Assembly: GCA_030706225.1 (NCBI GenBank)
Contig: JAUZOW010000003.1
Location: 1-42,183, forward strand
Direction of reading: 5' to 3'
From: Bacteroidota bacterium
GTDB taxonomy: Bacteria; Bacteroidota; Bacteroidia; Bacteroidales; FEN-979
DNA length: 42,183 nt
Below, one piece after another: positions 1-8,645 of this stretch (positions are counted from its first letter, which is position 1; each line of letters starts with the position of its first letter). Both the position numbers and the translations under genes were made by a program. Below the pieces are notes generated by a model. The model ran no database searches. It saw nothing but the letters and a program-made list of their open reading frames with translations, and was not told the DNA's origin.

Positions 1-284
1 TCACTAAGGAAATTGGTATGCTGGGAGATCAGTGCGATAGGGTGTTTGGAAGGATCGAAGCTGAAATCTTCAGGGATGACTTCTCCATTGATCCTGATCT
101 GGCGGCCGGATGGAGTATTCCGGTTTGCAAACAGTTCAATGTCATTGATCAATGTCGTCTTACCGCAACCGGTTGGGCCTACTATACTAATAATATCTCC
201 GGGTTTAAGTTCCAGATGCGTAACAAGTTCCGGGGTACCGTCTTTCCCTTTCCCACCGAAAATAGTCAGAGTCTGTATATCCAT
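1..284 (-). CDS. ABC-type ATP-binding protein, N-terminal part (runs off window start; not in ORF track)
   Basis: Manual translation of the - strand from ATG at 284 gives MDIQTLTIFGGKGKDGTPELVTHLELKPGDIISIVGPTGCGKTTLINDIELFAN...IALISQHTNFLS. It has Walker A GPTGCGKT and a Q-loop-like segment, with no stop before the window edge. Confidence 0.85.
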   Translation of the reverse strand, partial: MDIQTLTIFGGKGKDGTPELVTHLELKPGDIISIVGPTGCGKTTLINDIELFANRNTPSGRQIRINGEVIPEDFSFDPSKHPIALISQHTNFLS

Positions 285-298
285 TTTTTATGTTTTTG

Positions 299-338
299 CA
301 AAAATATACATAAAGTCTACCGGGAAAGTGTACATTTG
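299..338. promoter_or_regulatory. Divergent Bacteroidota sigma-A -7 elements (TATTTTTG on - at 299-306; TACATTTG on + at 331-338)
   Basis: Both match TAnnTTTG and point toward the ABC ATPase and the Crp/Fnr gene respectively. Confidence 0.6.
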
Positions 339-383
339 CATAAAACAATATATTCCGGATACTATAATATTTCATATTCCAAT

Positions 384-1097
384 ATGACAGAATTAATAAC
401 GAATGAGCCAAGCCGGAATCTTTTTGATTGCCGGCAATGTGTTTTCAGATTGTTTTCCTTACGATTTATGACGCCTGAAGATTTCGAGTTGATCCGAAGA
501 ACTTCAATTCAATTGTTTTTTGAAAAGGGGGAAACTATCCTGAAACAAGGTGCCACATCTCATCAATTGGTATTTTTGCAGAAAGGTATCGTAAAGTTCA
601 ATTACCAGTATGATTCAATGAAGAATCATCTCATGACTGTTGTTTCCGGACCGAAATTATTGGGAGGTGCAAACCTTTTTTTTAAAAATACGAACATTTT
701 TTCTCTGGTAGCTATGGAACGTTGTGAAGTTTGCCTGATCGACAGCAAAGCGATAAGATCGGTTGCCCGCCGCCATGGTGATTATGTTCTGGCATTATGT
801 GAACAAACGTCCGATATGTTCCAGGCTGCCATATTCAATTTCATCAGTATGGCGCATAAGCAGGTAAATGGAAGGATCGCAGATATCCTGATTTATTTAT
901 GGGAGAATGTTTACAAATGGAAGCCGGATGATTTTGTGATCTCGAGGAAAGAAATCGCTGAGTTTGCTGCCTGTTCTCATGAAAATGTAATCAACACTCT
1001 TTCAAAATTTAATAAAGAAGGAATCATTACCCTGGAAGGGAAAAAGATACGGATCAATGAGTTTAATAAGTTACTTGAAATAAGCAAAAGAGGATGA
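384..1097 (+). CDS. Crp/Fnr family transcriptional regulator with N-terminal CxxC
   Basis: cNMP-binding-like region (FEKGETILKQG...FLQKGIVK) and C-terminal HTH (ISRKEIAEFAACSHENVINTLSKF). Start moved from 18 to ATG 384 because the upstream part overlaps the opposite-strand ABC gene and the promoter. Confidence 0.9.
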   Translation: MTELITNEPSRNLFDCRQCVFRLFSLRFMTPEDFELIRRTSIQLFFEKGETILKQGATSHQLVFLQKGIVKFNYQYDSMKNHLMTVVSGPKLLGGANLFFKNTNIFSLVAMERCEVCLIDSKAIRSVARRHGDYVLALCEQTSDMFQAAIFNFISMAHKQVNGRIADILIYLWENVYKWKPDDFVISRKEIAEFAACSHENVINTLSKFNKEGIITLEGKKIRINEFNKLLEISKRG

Positions 1098-1507
1098 TGA
1101 TATTATCAAAAAAGACCCAGTATGCCATGCTGGCTCTTACCAAGCTGACAAAGGAATACGGAAAGGGAGCCGTATTATCGGGAGATATTGCCAGAAGTGA
1201 AAATATACCCCAGCGGTTTCTGGAAAATATCCTTCAGGAAATGAAAAAACTGGGAATTGTCGGAAGTCGTCAGGGAAAGTCAGGCGGTTATTTCCTGATG
1301 CATGACCCCAAAGATATTAAGCTGGTAACCATAATCCGGCATTTCGAAGGTACGATTGCCATGATGCACTGTATTTCCGAAAAAGCTTACCAACCCTGTG
1401 AATTCTGTAAGGATGAAGAGTCCTGCAAAATTCGGAAAGTATTCAAGAAAATAAGGGACAATACTTACGAAATCCTGGAAGATACCAACCTTATGTCATT
1501 GGTATGA
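1094..1507 (+). CDS. Rrf2 family transcriptional regulator (Cys-rich, possibly Fe-S binding)
   Basis: LSKKTQYAMLAL...IPQRFLENIL...GSRQGKSGGY motif and C-terminal CISEKAYQPCEFCKDEESC. ATGA overlap with the Crp gene. Confidence 0.92.
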   Translation: MMILSKKTQYAMLALTKLTKEYGKGAVLSGDIARSENIPQRFLENILQEMKKLGIVGSRQGKSGGYFLMHDPKDIKLVTIIRHFEGTIAMMHCISEKAYQPCEFCKDEESCKIRKVFKKIRDNTYEILEDTNLMSLV

Positions 1508-1569
1508 TATCATTTATAATCTGCAACCTGCAATTTTCTGACTGACTATTCTATTTTTAACTCATCAAA

Positions 1570-1938
1570 ATGAAAGGACTTTATACTATCGGATTATTGT
1601 TTATTTCCAACTCATTCATGACTATTGCCTGGTACGGACATCTTAAGTTCAAAGAGTTGGGTTGGTTTCAGAACTGGGGATTGCCGGCGATTATTCTTTT
1701 AAGCTGGGGCATCGCACTTTTCGAATACATGTTTCAGGTGCCTGCCAACCGGATCGGCTTTCACGAAAACGGAGGTCCGTTCAATCTCTGGCAGCTGAAA
1801 GTCATTCAGGAAGTGATTACGCTGATTGTTTTTTCTGCCTTTACTTTGCTGGTCTTCAAAAATGAGACTTTCCGTTGGAACCATTTCGTCGGCTTTTGCT
1901 TCCTGGTTCTGGCTGTCTATTTTATTTTTAAAGATTAA
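1570..1938 (+). CDS. DMT family small membrane protein (DUF486-like)
   Basis: SNSFMTIAWYGHLK, SWGIALFEYMFQVPANRIG and QLKVIQEVITL motifs; hydrophobic helices. Confidence 0.85.
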   Translation: MKGLYTIGLLFISNSFMTIAWYGHLKFKELGWFQNWGLPAIILLSWGIALFEYMFQVPANRIGFHENGGPFNLWQLKVIQEVITLIVFSAFTLLVFKNETFRWNHFVGFCFLVLAVYFIFKD

Positions 1939-1951
1939 GAAAAGAAAAATG

Positions 1952-1970
1952 CTTTGCCGGAAAGGCAGGG
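1952..1970. terminator. Possible hairpin terminator between convergent genes
   Basis: ctttgcc-ggaaa-ggcaggg stem-loop with A-rich sequence to its left. Confidence 0.35.
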
Positions 1971-1992
1971 GAATTCATTGTGGTCAGGTGAA

Positions 1993-3636
1993 TCATTGAT
2001 AAAGATACCTTTTGATTTTCATAGTAGCTGTCTTTTCAAAAGGATCAGACTGAACCAATACGAGCTGGAGTTGTGAGAATTTGTTTACACGGCGATTGAC
2101 ATAACGCTGAAGCTCAATCCTTAACTGTTCAATGGTCATTTCTACAAAATTCATGAAGTCATTCTGTAAATGGCTGTAATTTTCTTCAATTTCTGCCCGG
2201 TTAAACTGAACCAGGGCAACCAGTTTTCCTTCTTGTTCAATTACCAGAGAATCACTAACATGCTGGAAATTATTAATTACGGATTCAATTTCTTCAGGGT
2301 AAATATTTTCTCCACCTGAAAGTACAATCATATTTTTAAGCCGTCCTTTGATGTAGAGGTACCCATCTTCATCAAGTACTCCTAAATCTCCGGTTTTCAG
2401 CCAGCCTTCGGGAGTGATAATTTCAGAAGTAAGTTCAGGGTCTTTATAATACCCCCGCATCACATTCGAACCTCTCGCCCAGATTTCACCTTCACCGCTG
2501 ATTTTATCCGGGTTATTTATTTTCAGTTCAGTATCTTCTAAGGCCGGTCCGGTAGATTGTAACCGGAAATGTTGCGGATTGTAACCGGCAAGTAATGGAG
2601 AAGCTTCGGTCATTCCATAACCGATAGCATAGGGAAAACGGGCCTCGATCAGGAATTGTTCAACATTCTGGTTCAGTTTGGCGCCTCCTATCCCAAAAAA
2701 ATGAAGCTCACCTCCAAATGTTTTCATAAGCTTTTTCCCAGCCAAAAGGTTCAATTTCTTCCGGAAAAAAGGAACACGAATCAAGTAACGCAAGAAAAAA
2801 TTACGTTCAAATTTGGGTTGGATACTTTTCCGGTAAATCTTTTCAATAATTAAAGGTACAGACAATAAAACAGTCGGTCTGACCTCCTGAAGAACAGGCA
2901 TGAGAATAGAGGATGAAGGAGCTTTTCCGAGATAATAAATACAAGCCCCTTTGATCATAGGTAAGATCATACCGAGTGTATTCTCATAAGTGTGTGATAA
3001 AGGAAGAATGGAAAGAAAACGATCCCGCTCGGTAACTAACTGGATATGATCCCCTTTTATTGCCGTAAAACAAATATTCTTATGCGTGAGCATAACCCCT
3101 TTAGATTTACCCATAGTCCCGGATGTATAAATGATTGCGGCAAGGTCTTCTTCTTTAACCGGGTACTCTTTAGCAGGACGGCCCTCGGGAGAATATTTGA
3201 TACCCGGATCTGCACCATGATAAATCGAAAAATCTTCAATCCGGATTATAATCATCGAATCTGCAACGGGTAGATTCTTAATCTTTTCAAGCAGAGAACG
3301 GGAAGCAAAGAGAATTTTCGGATCTGCGTGAAGAAGGATTGTTTCTATTTCCCTGGAGTTAAAATCCGGTAATACCGGAACTACAATGCTTCCTGAAAAG
3401 GCAATGGCATAATAAGTAATAGCCCAGTTGGGCATATTGCTGCTCAGGATGGCTACCCGGTCACCCGGCTTAAGTCCGAGTTTTTCAAGAAAACCCATGA
3501 CCGCCCTGATTTTTAGGTCAAGGTCGTTGTAGGTAAAGGGTGTTTCCCCTACCATGGCCATGGCATTGCGTGTACTATGTTTACTGACTGTTTGTGCAAA
3601 AAGTGCAGGAAGTGTCAGCAGGGAGGAATTCTTCAT
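1993..3636 (-). CDS. Long-chain fatty acid-CoA ligase (AMP-binding enzyme)
   Basis: YTSGTMGKSKG P-loop, GYGMTE, KTGDLG and GENIYPEEIE motifs. Confidence 0.92.
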   Translation of the reverse strand: MKNSSLLTLPALFAQTVSKHSTRNAMAMVGETPFTYNDLDLKIRAVMGFLEKLGLKPGDRVAILSSNMPNWAITYYAIAFSGSIVVPVLPDFNSREIETILLHADPKILFASRSLLEKIKNLPVADSMIIIRIEDFSIYHGADPGIKYSPEGRPAKEYPVKEEDLAAIIYTSGTMGKSKGVMLTHKNICFTAIKGDHIQLVTERDRFLSILPLSHTYENTLGMILPMIKGACIYYLGKAPSSSILMPVLQEVRPTVLLSVPLIIEKIYRKSIQPKFERNFFLRYLIRVPFFRKKLNLLAGKKLMKTFGGELHFFGIGGAKLNQNVEQFLIEARFPYAIGYGMTEASPLLAGYNPQHFRLQSTGPALEDTELKINNPDKISGEGEIWARGSNVMRGYYKDPELTSEIITPEGWLKTGDLGVLDEDGYLYIKGRLKNMIVLSGGENIYPEEIESVINNFQHVSDSLVIEQEGKLVALVQFNRAEIEENYSHLQNDFMNFVEMTIEQLRIELQRYVNRRVNKFSQLQLVLVQSDPFEKTATMKIKRYLYQ

Positions 3637-3653
3637 TCAAAGGAATAAGATTA

Positions 3654-3661
3654 CAAAGATA
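3654..3661 (-). promoter_or_regulatory. -7 promoter element TATCTTTG for the acyl-CoA ligase
   Basis: Exact TAnnTTTG match about 17 nt upstream of the ATG. Confidence 0.55.
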
Positions 3662-3737
3662 CGATAATTAATTATATCAATTTTTCATTGATCATAAGGC
3701 CTTTTCCGTTGAAAGAGTTATGGATTATATACGAATG

Positions 3738-5495
3738 TCAATTTCTGAGTAATACGAATGATCCTGAATAAACCCGGAACCGCTTCTCTACTTCATCGTA
3801 AAATGAGATCCTATATGCATAAGTACCTTCAGGACAGGAAGTTCCTTTAAAATTTCCATCCCATCCATCAGATGAGTCATGAGTTATAAAAATTTGTTCG
3901 CCAAAACGGTTAAATATCAGCATAGTATATTGATAAACGCCGTACAAAACCGGTCTGAATACATCATTCAGCCCATCTCCATCAGGAGTAAAAGCTGTGG
4001 GAACAAAAAAACGGAATTCAGCCCGGATTATCACAGTCGAAGAGGCTGTATCAGAGCAACCTGCACTGTTTCCAACGATTTCCCTAACCGTATATGTGCC
4101 TGCTGAAGAATAATCATGCTGTGTAACCAAACAATCATTTATAGTTCCGTCTCCCCAGTCGATGGAGCAGGTTGCTCCTCCTGTGCTTTTATCACTAAAG
4201 GTTACGGTCGGATGAAAAATGGAAGTATCTGTCGGGCTGATCGTAAAATCAGCATGAGGGACAGGTACCAGGGTGACATTAATGGGAAGGGAAGCTGTAT
4301 CCTTGCACCCCATGGGTGTAGATACGATCAACCGGGTATTATATGTACCTGATTGACTGTAGATATGAGAAGGGTTTTGAAGGGTTGAAGTACCGCCGTC
4401 ACCGAAATTCCATTCATAATTCAACATGCTGATTGACACTGTACTGTCGATGAATTCAATCGGTTCATTGGCACAAACGGTTGGGGTAACTACTCCATAT
4501 TTTGCATCCGGTACATTAACAATAATAATAGAGATGACATTAGATTCAACGCGACATTTTTGATAAGGGAAATTTGCCATTTCTCCTGCTGCCAGCCGAA
4601 ATGAATAAGTTCCCGACGGCAAATTATCCAACAGCACAGAAATACTGAGTAGTGTATCTCCCGGCATATTTTGCCAGGTTCCGTTTATAACTTCCTGCCA
4701 TTGGAAATGAGGATAATTGTAACCCGCAGAGACAGAAGCTTCAAAATGAAGAGTATCTTCTGTCCCTTTGCATATGGTATCGGTTTGATCCGATGATTCT
4801 GTGACTTTTGCAAATATATCTGGTCCGCAAGGTCGGAATGTGATATCATCCAGGGCAATATCGTTGGCCGGAGCGCCTCCGGCACTGTTGTTTCGCATGA
4901 CAACGACCACTGTACTGACATTTTCAGGAGTGGAAAAGTAAAACCCGTACTGTTTCCAGACTGCACTGGACTGAAGAGGGATAGAGCCAGTCGTATAGCT
5001 GTTTAGCAGAGTACCATCCGTTTTTTCTATCATAAAAGTAATGTTGGGAGGGCTGTTATCCTGTGATTTTAACAAATTCAGAACCCATGCGGCAAACTCA
5101 TAGACGGTTCCAGGGCATAGACCCGTAATCGTGTTTTTGTAAAAATAATCCGTCAGGGAAATACTTGCATTCACAACCATCATATACCCGCCGGAATTTC
5201 CTGTATGATCTGTAGTCGACCACCAAATGGAACCTGAACCGGCTGTAGAATTTTCAATGGTATAACTGCCATCCATAGGGAAATCATCTGTTGAATAGGT
5301 ATAGCTGGTTTGACCGGAAGGCAAAGCCCCGCCATGGACACTGGTTCCGGATCCAAAATCGATATCGACAATAGGATCTCCCAGACTTCCCTGACAAAGC
5401 TGTGAATAAGAATCCCGCGGAGTCAGCAGAATACAAAAAAGAACCGGCAGAAGGAATCTGCCGGTGATGCAACATAACCCATTATCCTTCAACAC
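3738..5495 (-). CDS. T9SS-secreted protein with PKD domains and type B (gliding motility-associated, CHU_C-like) C-terminal domain
   Basis: Signal-peptide-like N-terminus, PKD signatures WNFGDG and IDWGDG, and C-terminal FVPTAFTPDGDGLNDVF...IFNRFGE...GWDG...GTYAY...GSFVLLR. Confidence 0.88.
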   Translation of the reverse strand: MLKDNGLCCITGRFLLPVLFCILLTPRDSYSQLCQGSLGDPIVDIDFGSGTSVHGGALPSGQTSYTYSTDDFPMDGSYTIENSTAGSGSIWWSTTDHTGNSGGYMMVVNASISLTDYFYKNTITGLCPGTVYEFAAWVLNLLKSQDNSPPNITFMIEKTDGTLLNSYTTGSIPLQSSAVWKQYGFYFSTPENVSTVVVVMRNNSAGGAPANDIALDDITFRPCGPDIFAKVTESSDQTDTICKGTEDTLHFEASVSAGYNYPHFQWQEVINGTWQNMPGDTLLSISVLLDNLPSGTYSFRLAAGEMANFPYQKCRVESNVISIIIVNVPDAKYGVVTPTVCANEPIEFIDSTVSISMLNYEWNFGDGGTSTLQNPSHIYSQSGTYNTRLIVSTPMGCKDTASLPINVTLVPVPHADFTISPTDTSIFHPTVTFSDKSTGGATCSIDWGDGTINDCLVTQHDYSSAGTYTVREIVGNSAGCSDTASSTVIIRAEFRFFVPTAFTPDGDGLNDVFRPVLYGVYQYTMLIFNRFGEQIFITHDSSDGWDGNFKGTSCPEGTYAYRISFYDEVEKRFRVYSGSFVLLRN

Positions 5496-5614
5496 GGATA
5501 TGCATTAAATCTTTAAATAAAAGTAGTGCATAACAATGGGGACCAGGATTAAAATAGATGAATGAACAGATTCCGTCGGTAAATAGCAAAATATCAGTCC
5601 TGCATCCAGGAGTT

Positions 5615-6548
5615 TCACGAACTGCGAATGACATTTCTTCTGATATTCGGCAATTTCCTTGAGAAAGCCAATGCCCCAAGGATACATGAAAAGCCACCAA
5701 TCATTATAGTATAGGGAGCACCGATCAGTTCTGCCAGCTCGCCGGCAAGGATGCTTCCGAAAGGGGCAGTACCCATAAATGCCATGGTATAGAAGCTCAT
5801 AACACGACCTCGCTTATCATTATCCGACAGCGTTTGAAGCATCGTATTGCTGGATGCCATCTGAAGCATCATTCCAAGTCCTGTGATCACTAGTATGCCA
5901 AGAGAGAGATAGAATGACCTGGAAAAGGAAAAGCAAAGGAGCCCTATCCCAAAAACACCTGCTGCAAGCGGAATGATTTTCATCAATCCCAGTACACTTT
6001 TCCGGGATGCAAGATACAGAGCGCCTGCCAATGCACCAAGTCCGGTCGCGCCAATAAGGAAACCGAAGGTATGTGAGCCGCCGTGAAGAACTTCTTTTGC
6101 GAAGACCGGCATTAGTACGGTATAAGGCATTCCCATCAAACTGACCAGGGCAAGGAGAAGGATAATATATTTGAGCGGTACATATCCCAATACATAGGAA
6201 AATCCTTCTTTCATGTCTTTCAATACACTGGTCTCTTTCCGTATTTTGTTCTGTGGAGGGATTCTCATCATCAGAAGAGAAATGATCACGAAAATATAAC
6301 TGATGCCATTAATCAGAAAACAGATTCCTTCCCCGGTGAGGAGCGATCAGAAAAGTAGGGATCTGTCCGGCAAATCCAACGATACCAAGCATCAGCGCAG
6401 ATCCGGTCAAATGATACACCAGCCAGGGAGTTGCAATCCGCTGGATCCAGGTTCCGATCAGAGAAATACCCTGTCCGCCGAAGAAAAGCCTATAGTTTCG
6501 GTACTTTAACGATCGGAAAGTGACCTTAAGGCCAAAATCGGATTTCAT
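5615..6548 (-). pseudogene. MFS transporter disrupted by an internal deletion and frameshift near 6340
   Basis: The N-terminus from ATG 6548 (MKSDFGLKVTFRSLKYRNYRLFFGGQGISLIGTWIQRIATPWLVYHLTGSA...LIAP) joins out of frame to LTGEGICFLINGISY and the C-terminal half. The region carrying MFS motif A and several N-domain helices is missing. Confidence 0.8.
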
Positions 6549-6681
6549 CTTTATTAATCCACGGGTTTGAATAATGAGTCTGCAAAAATACCAAGAAAGG
6601 ATATTGAAAATCGAAAAGTAAAAGAAGGATGAGGAAATCATATAAAATTTTAATTTTACATAAACAAACAACCCGGTCCAT

Positions 6682-8472
6682 ACGAAAACCTATCAAATAG
6701 CGATAATTCTTTTTTTGTGTTTATTTCCTTTTTCTCACCAGACAAGGGCTGCAGAATCTTTTTCATTTTTAGAAAAAGCCCGGGTTTACTATAAAAAAGA
6801 GATATCTTCTCTCCCTCTTGAGATCCGGGGAAATGCGGCTATTGACTCTCTTTTGACCGGAACGGATCATAATAAAGATTTTACCCATGCATTCAATACA
6901 TCCTGGAAGATTGGCCTTTATCTCCTGGAAAAAGGGGAACATGGGGATGCACTCGATATCTTTTCGGATATCCGTCAGTATATGAATGCTAAAGGGCTGC
7001 ATTCGAAAGAAGACAAGCATAAAATGTCATCATTGCTGAATGTTATCGGAGCCATTTATGAAGAAAGCGGACTTTGGAATGAAGCCCTTGATCTTTATAT
7101 GAATTCTCTCCGGATTTGTGAGGAGATAGGTTTCGATGAAGGGAAAGCCAGGGTATATAACAACATCGGAAAGCTTTATTTTGGACGGAACGAACTGGAT
7201 AAAGCAGAACTTCTCTTTAATAAAGCGATATCCATTAATACAAAGCTGAAAATAAAACCGGAACTGTTTACCAATTATAATAATCTGGCAGGGATTTATA
7301 AGCTCCGCCATAATCCGAAAAAAGCGCTGGAATATGCATTGATTGCCATGAACCAGCTGGATATATCGAAAGATCTTTACAATCTGTCTATTGTTTATCT
7401 GAATCTTGGTAATATTTACCAGGATTTGGGAACCTATTCCCTTGCGTTGACTTATTATCAGCAAGCTGCTGAAATTCAGCAGAAAAAATCTTACATGATC
7501 AACCTTCTCAGGGCATATCTGAACATGGGTTCTTTGTACGAGAATATGAATAACATGGATTCTGCCAATTCCTGTTTTGCAAGAACCCTGCAGCTGGCAG
7601 AAGTCATCGGAAACCCAACCCAGGAGCTGGAAGCGCTTCTTGCTGCAGCTAAGTATTATAAAAGACATGGAGATACGAAAAAATCAAATGAATGTTTTTC
7701 AAGGTATGTCACATTGAACGATTCCCTGGTGTCACTGAACAGCCTGACCAAAATGGAGCAGATCCAGGCGGTATATGAGGTAATCAACAAGGAAAAGGAT
7801 AATAAAATCCTGCAACAGAAAATAAATCTTCAACAGCTTGCTATTGAAAGAGTCAGGATATTTCTTGGCGGAGTGACAATCATTGCTGTATTACTGTTGT
7901 TGTATCTTTTTAATTTAAGGAGAAACCGGCAAAGGGAAAGATCAAAGAACGAGTTGATTGCAAAACAAACCGAGCTTCTCCATCAGAAAGAGAAGGAGAT
8001 GTTGCTTAGCAAGGAACAAAGACTTACTCAGGAAATCGATTATAAGAATCGCCAGCTTACTTCTTATGTTTTGCATTTATCGAGGAATAATGAATTTATC
8101 TCTAAATTATCCCAGGAACTGAAGCAGATGCTGCTTACGATAAACCCCCGGGAAAAAGAAAAATCCGAAAAGATCCGGAATATATTATCGGAGATGCAGC
8201 AGTACTCAACAGGGCCAAATTGGGAACAATTCCGGCTTTATTTTGAGGAGGTACATCAATCTTTTGAAAAAAATCTGACGACTGCTTTCCCTGATCTTTC
8301 TCCCAACGATAAAAAGATCTGTGCATTACTCAAACTGGGCTTATCTACCAAGGATATCGCTTCCATAACTTTCCGGGAACTCAGGAGTGTCGAATCAGCC
8401 AGAAACCGGTTACGAAAAAAAATGGGACTTGCTCCGGATGTAAATCTTTACACTTATCTTTCGCAATTTTAA
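6682..8472 (+). CDS. TPR-repeat, membrane-anchored LuxR-type HTH regulator (one-component sensor)
   Basis: Multiple TPRs (ARVYNNIGKLY, YNNLAGIY, YLNLGNIY), one TM helix (IFLGGVTIIAVLLLLYLF), a coiled coil and a C-terminal HTH (LSPNDKKICALLKLGLSTKDIA...SVESARNRLRKKM). Start uncertain: TTG 6715 in the track, or ACG 6682. Confidence 0.85.
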   Translation, partial: TKTYQIAIILFLCLFPFSHQTRAAESFSFLEKARVYYKKEISSLPLEIRGNAAIDSLLTGTDHNKDFTHAFNTSWKIGLYLLEKGEHGDALDIFSDIRQYMNAKGLHSKEDKHKMSSLLNVIGAIYEESGLWNEALDLYMNSLRICEEIGFDEGKARVYNNIGKLYFGRNELDKAELLFNKAISINTKLKIKPELFTNYNNLAGIYKLRHNPKKALEYALIAMNQLDISKDLYNLSIVYLNLGNIYQDLGTYSLALTYYQQAAEIQQKKSYMINLLRAYLNMGSLYENMNNMDSANSCFARTLQLAEVIGNPTQELEALLAAAKYYKRHGDTKKSNECFSRYVTLNDSLVSLNSLTKMEQIQAVYEVINKEKDNKILQQKINLQQLAIERVRIFLGGVTIIAVLLLLYLFNLRRNRQRERSKNELIAKQTELLHQKEKEMLLSKEQRLTQEIDYKNRQLTSYVLHLSRNNEFISKLSQELKQMLLTINPREKEKSEKIRNILSEMQQYSTGPNWEQFRLYFEEVHQSFEKNLTTAFPDLSPNDKKICALLKLGLSTKDIASITFRELRSVESARNRLRKKMGLAPDVNLYTYLSQF

Positions 8473-8499
8473 ACACTGGATATCAATCAGATACTAATT

Positions 8500-8552
8500 T
8501 TGCAGTAGTAAAATATACGGGATTATTCTGCTTGCAGTAGTAAGGATAAGGG
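8500..8552 (+). repeat. Direct repeat TTGCAGTAGTAA x2 (8500-8511, 8532-8543), each followed by ATA(C/A)GGGA; putative operator
   Basis: Exact 12-bp repeat with 32-bp period between the TPR-LuxR gene and the T9SS cargo gene. Confidence 0.6.
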
Positions 8553-8645
8553 ACGATATTAGGGGTTCTTGTTTCCATAACGTAATTTTATATAAAATAA
8601 TCTCACATAGGTATATTGTTTTATCATTTAAACAACGGAAATACA

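Noticed and set aside
18-383. N-terminal 122-aa extension of the Crp ORF, and ORF 13..387
   Set aside because: These are antisense shadows of the real - strand ABC ATPase gene and the promoter region. The Crp domain architecture fits a start at 384.
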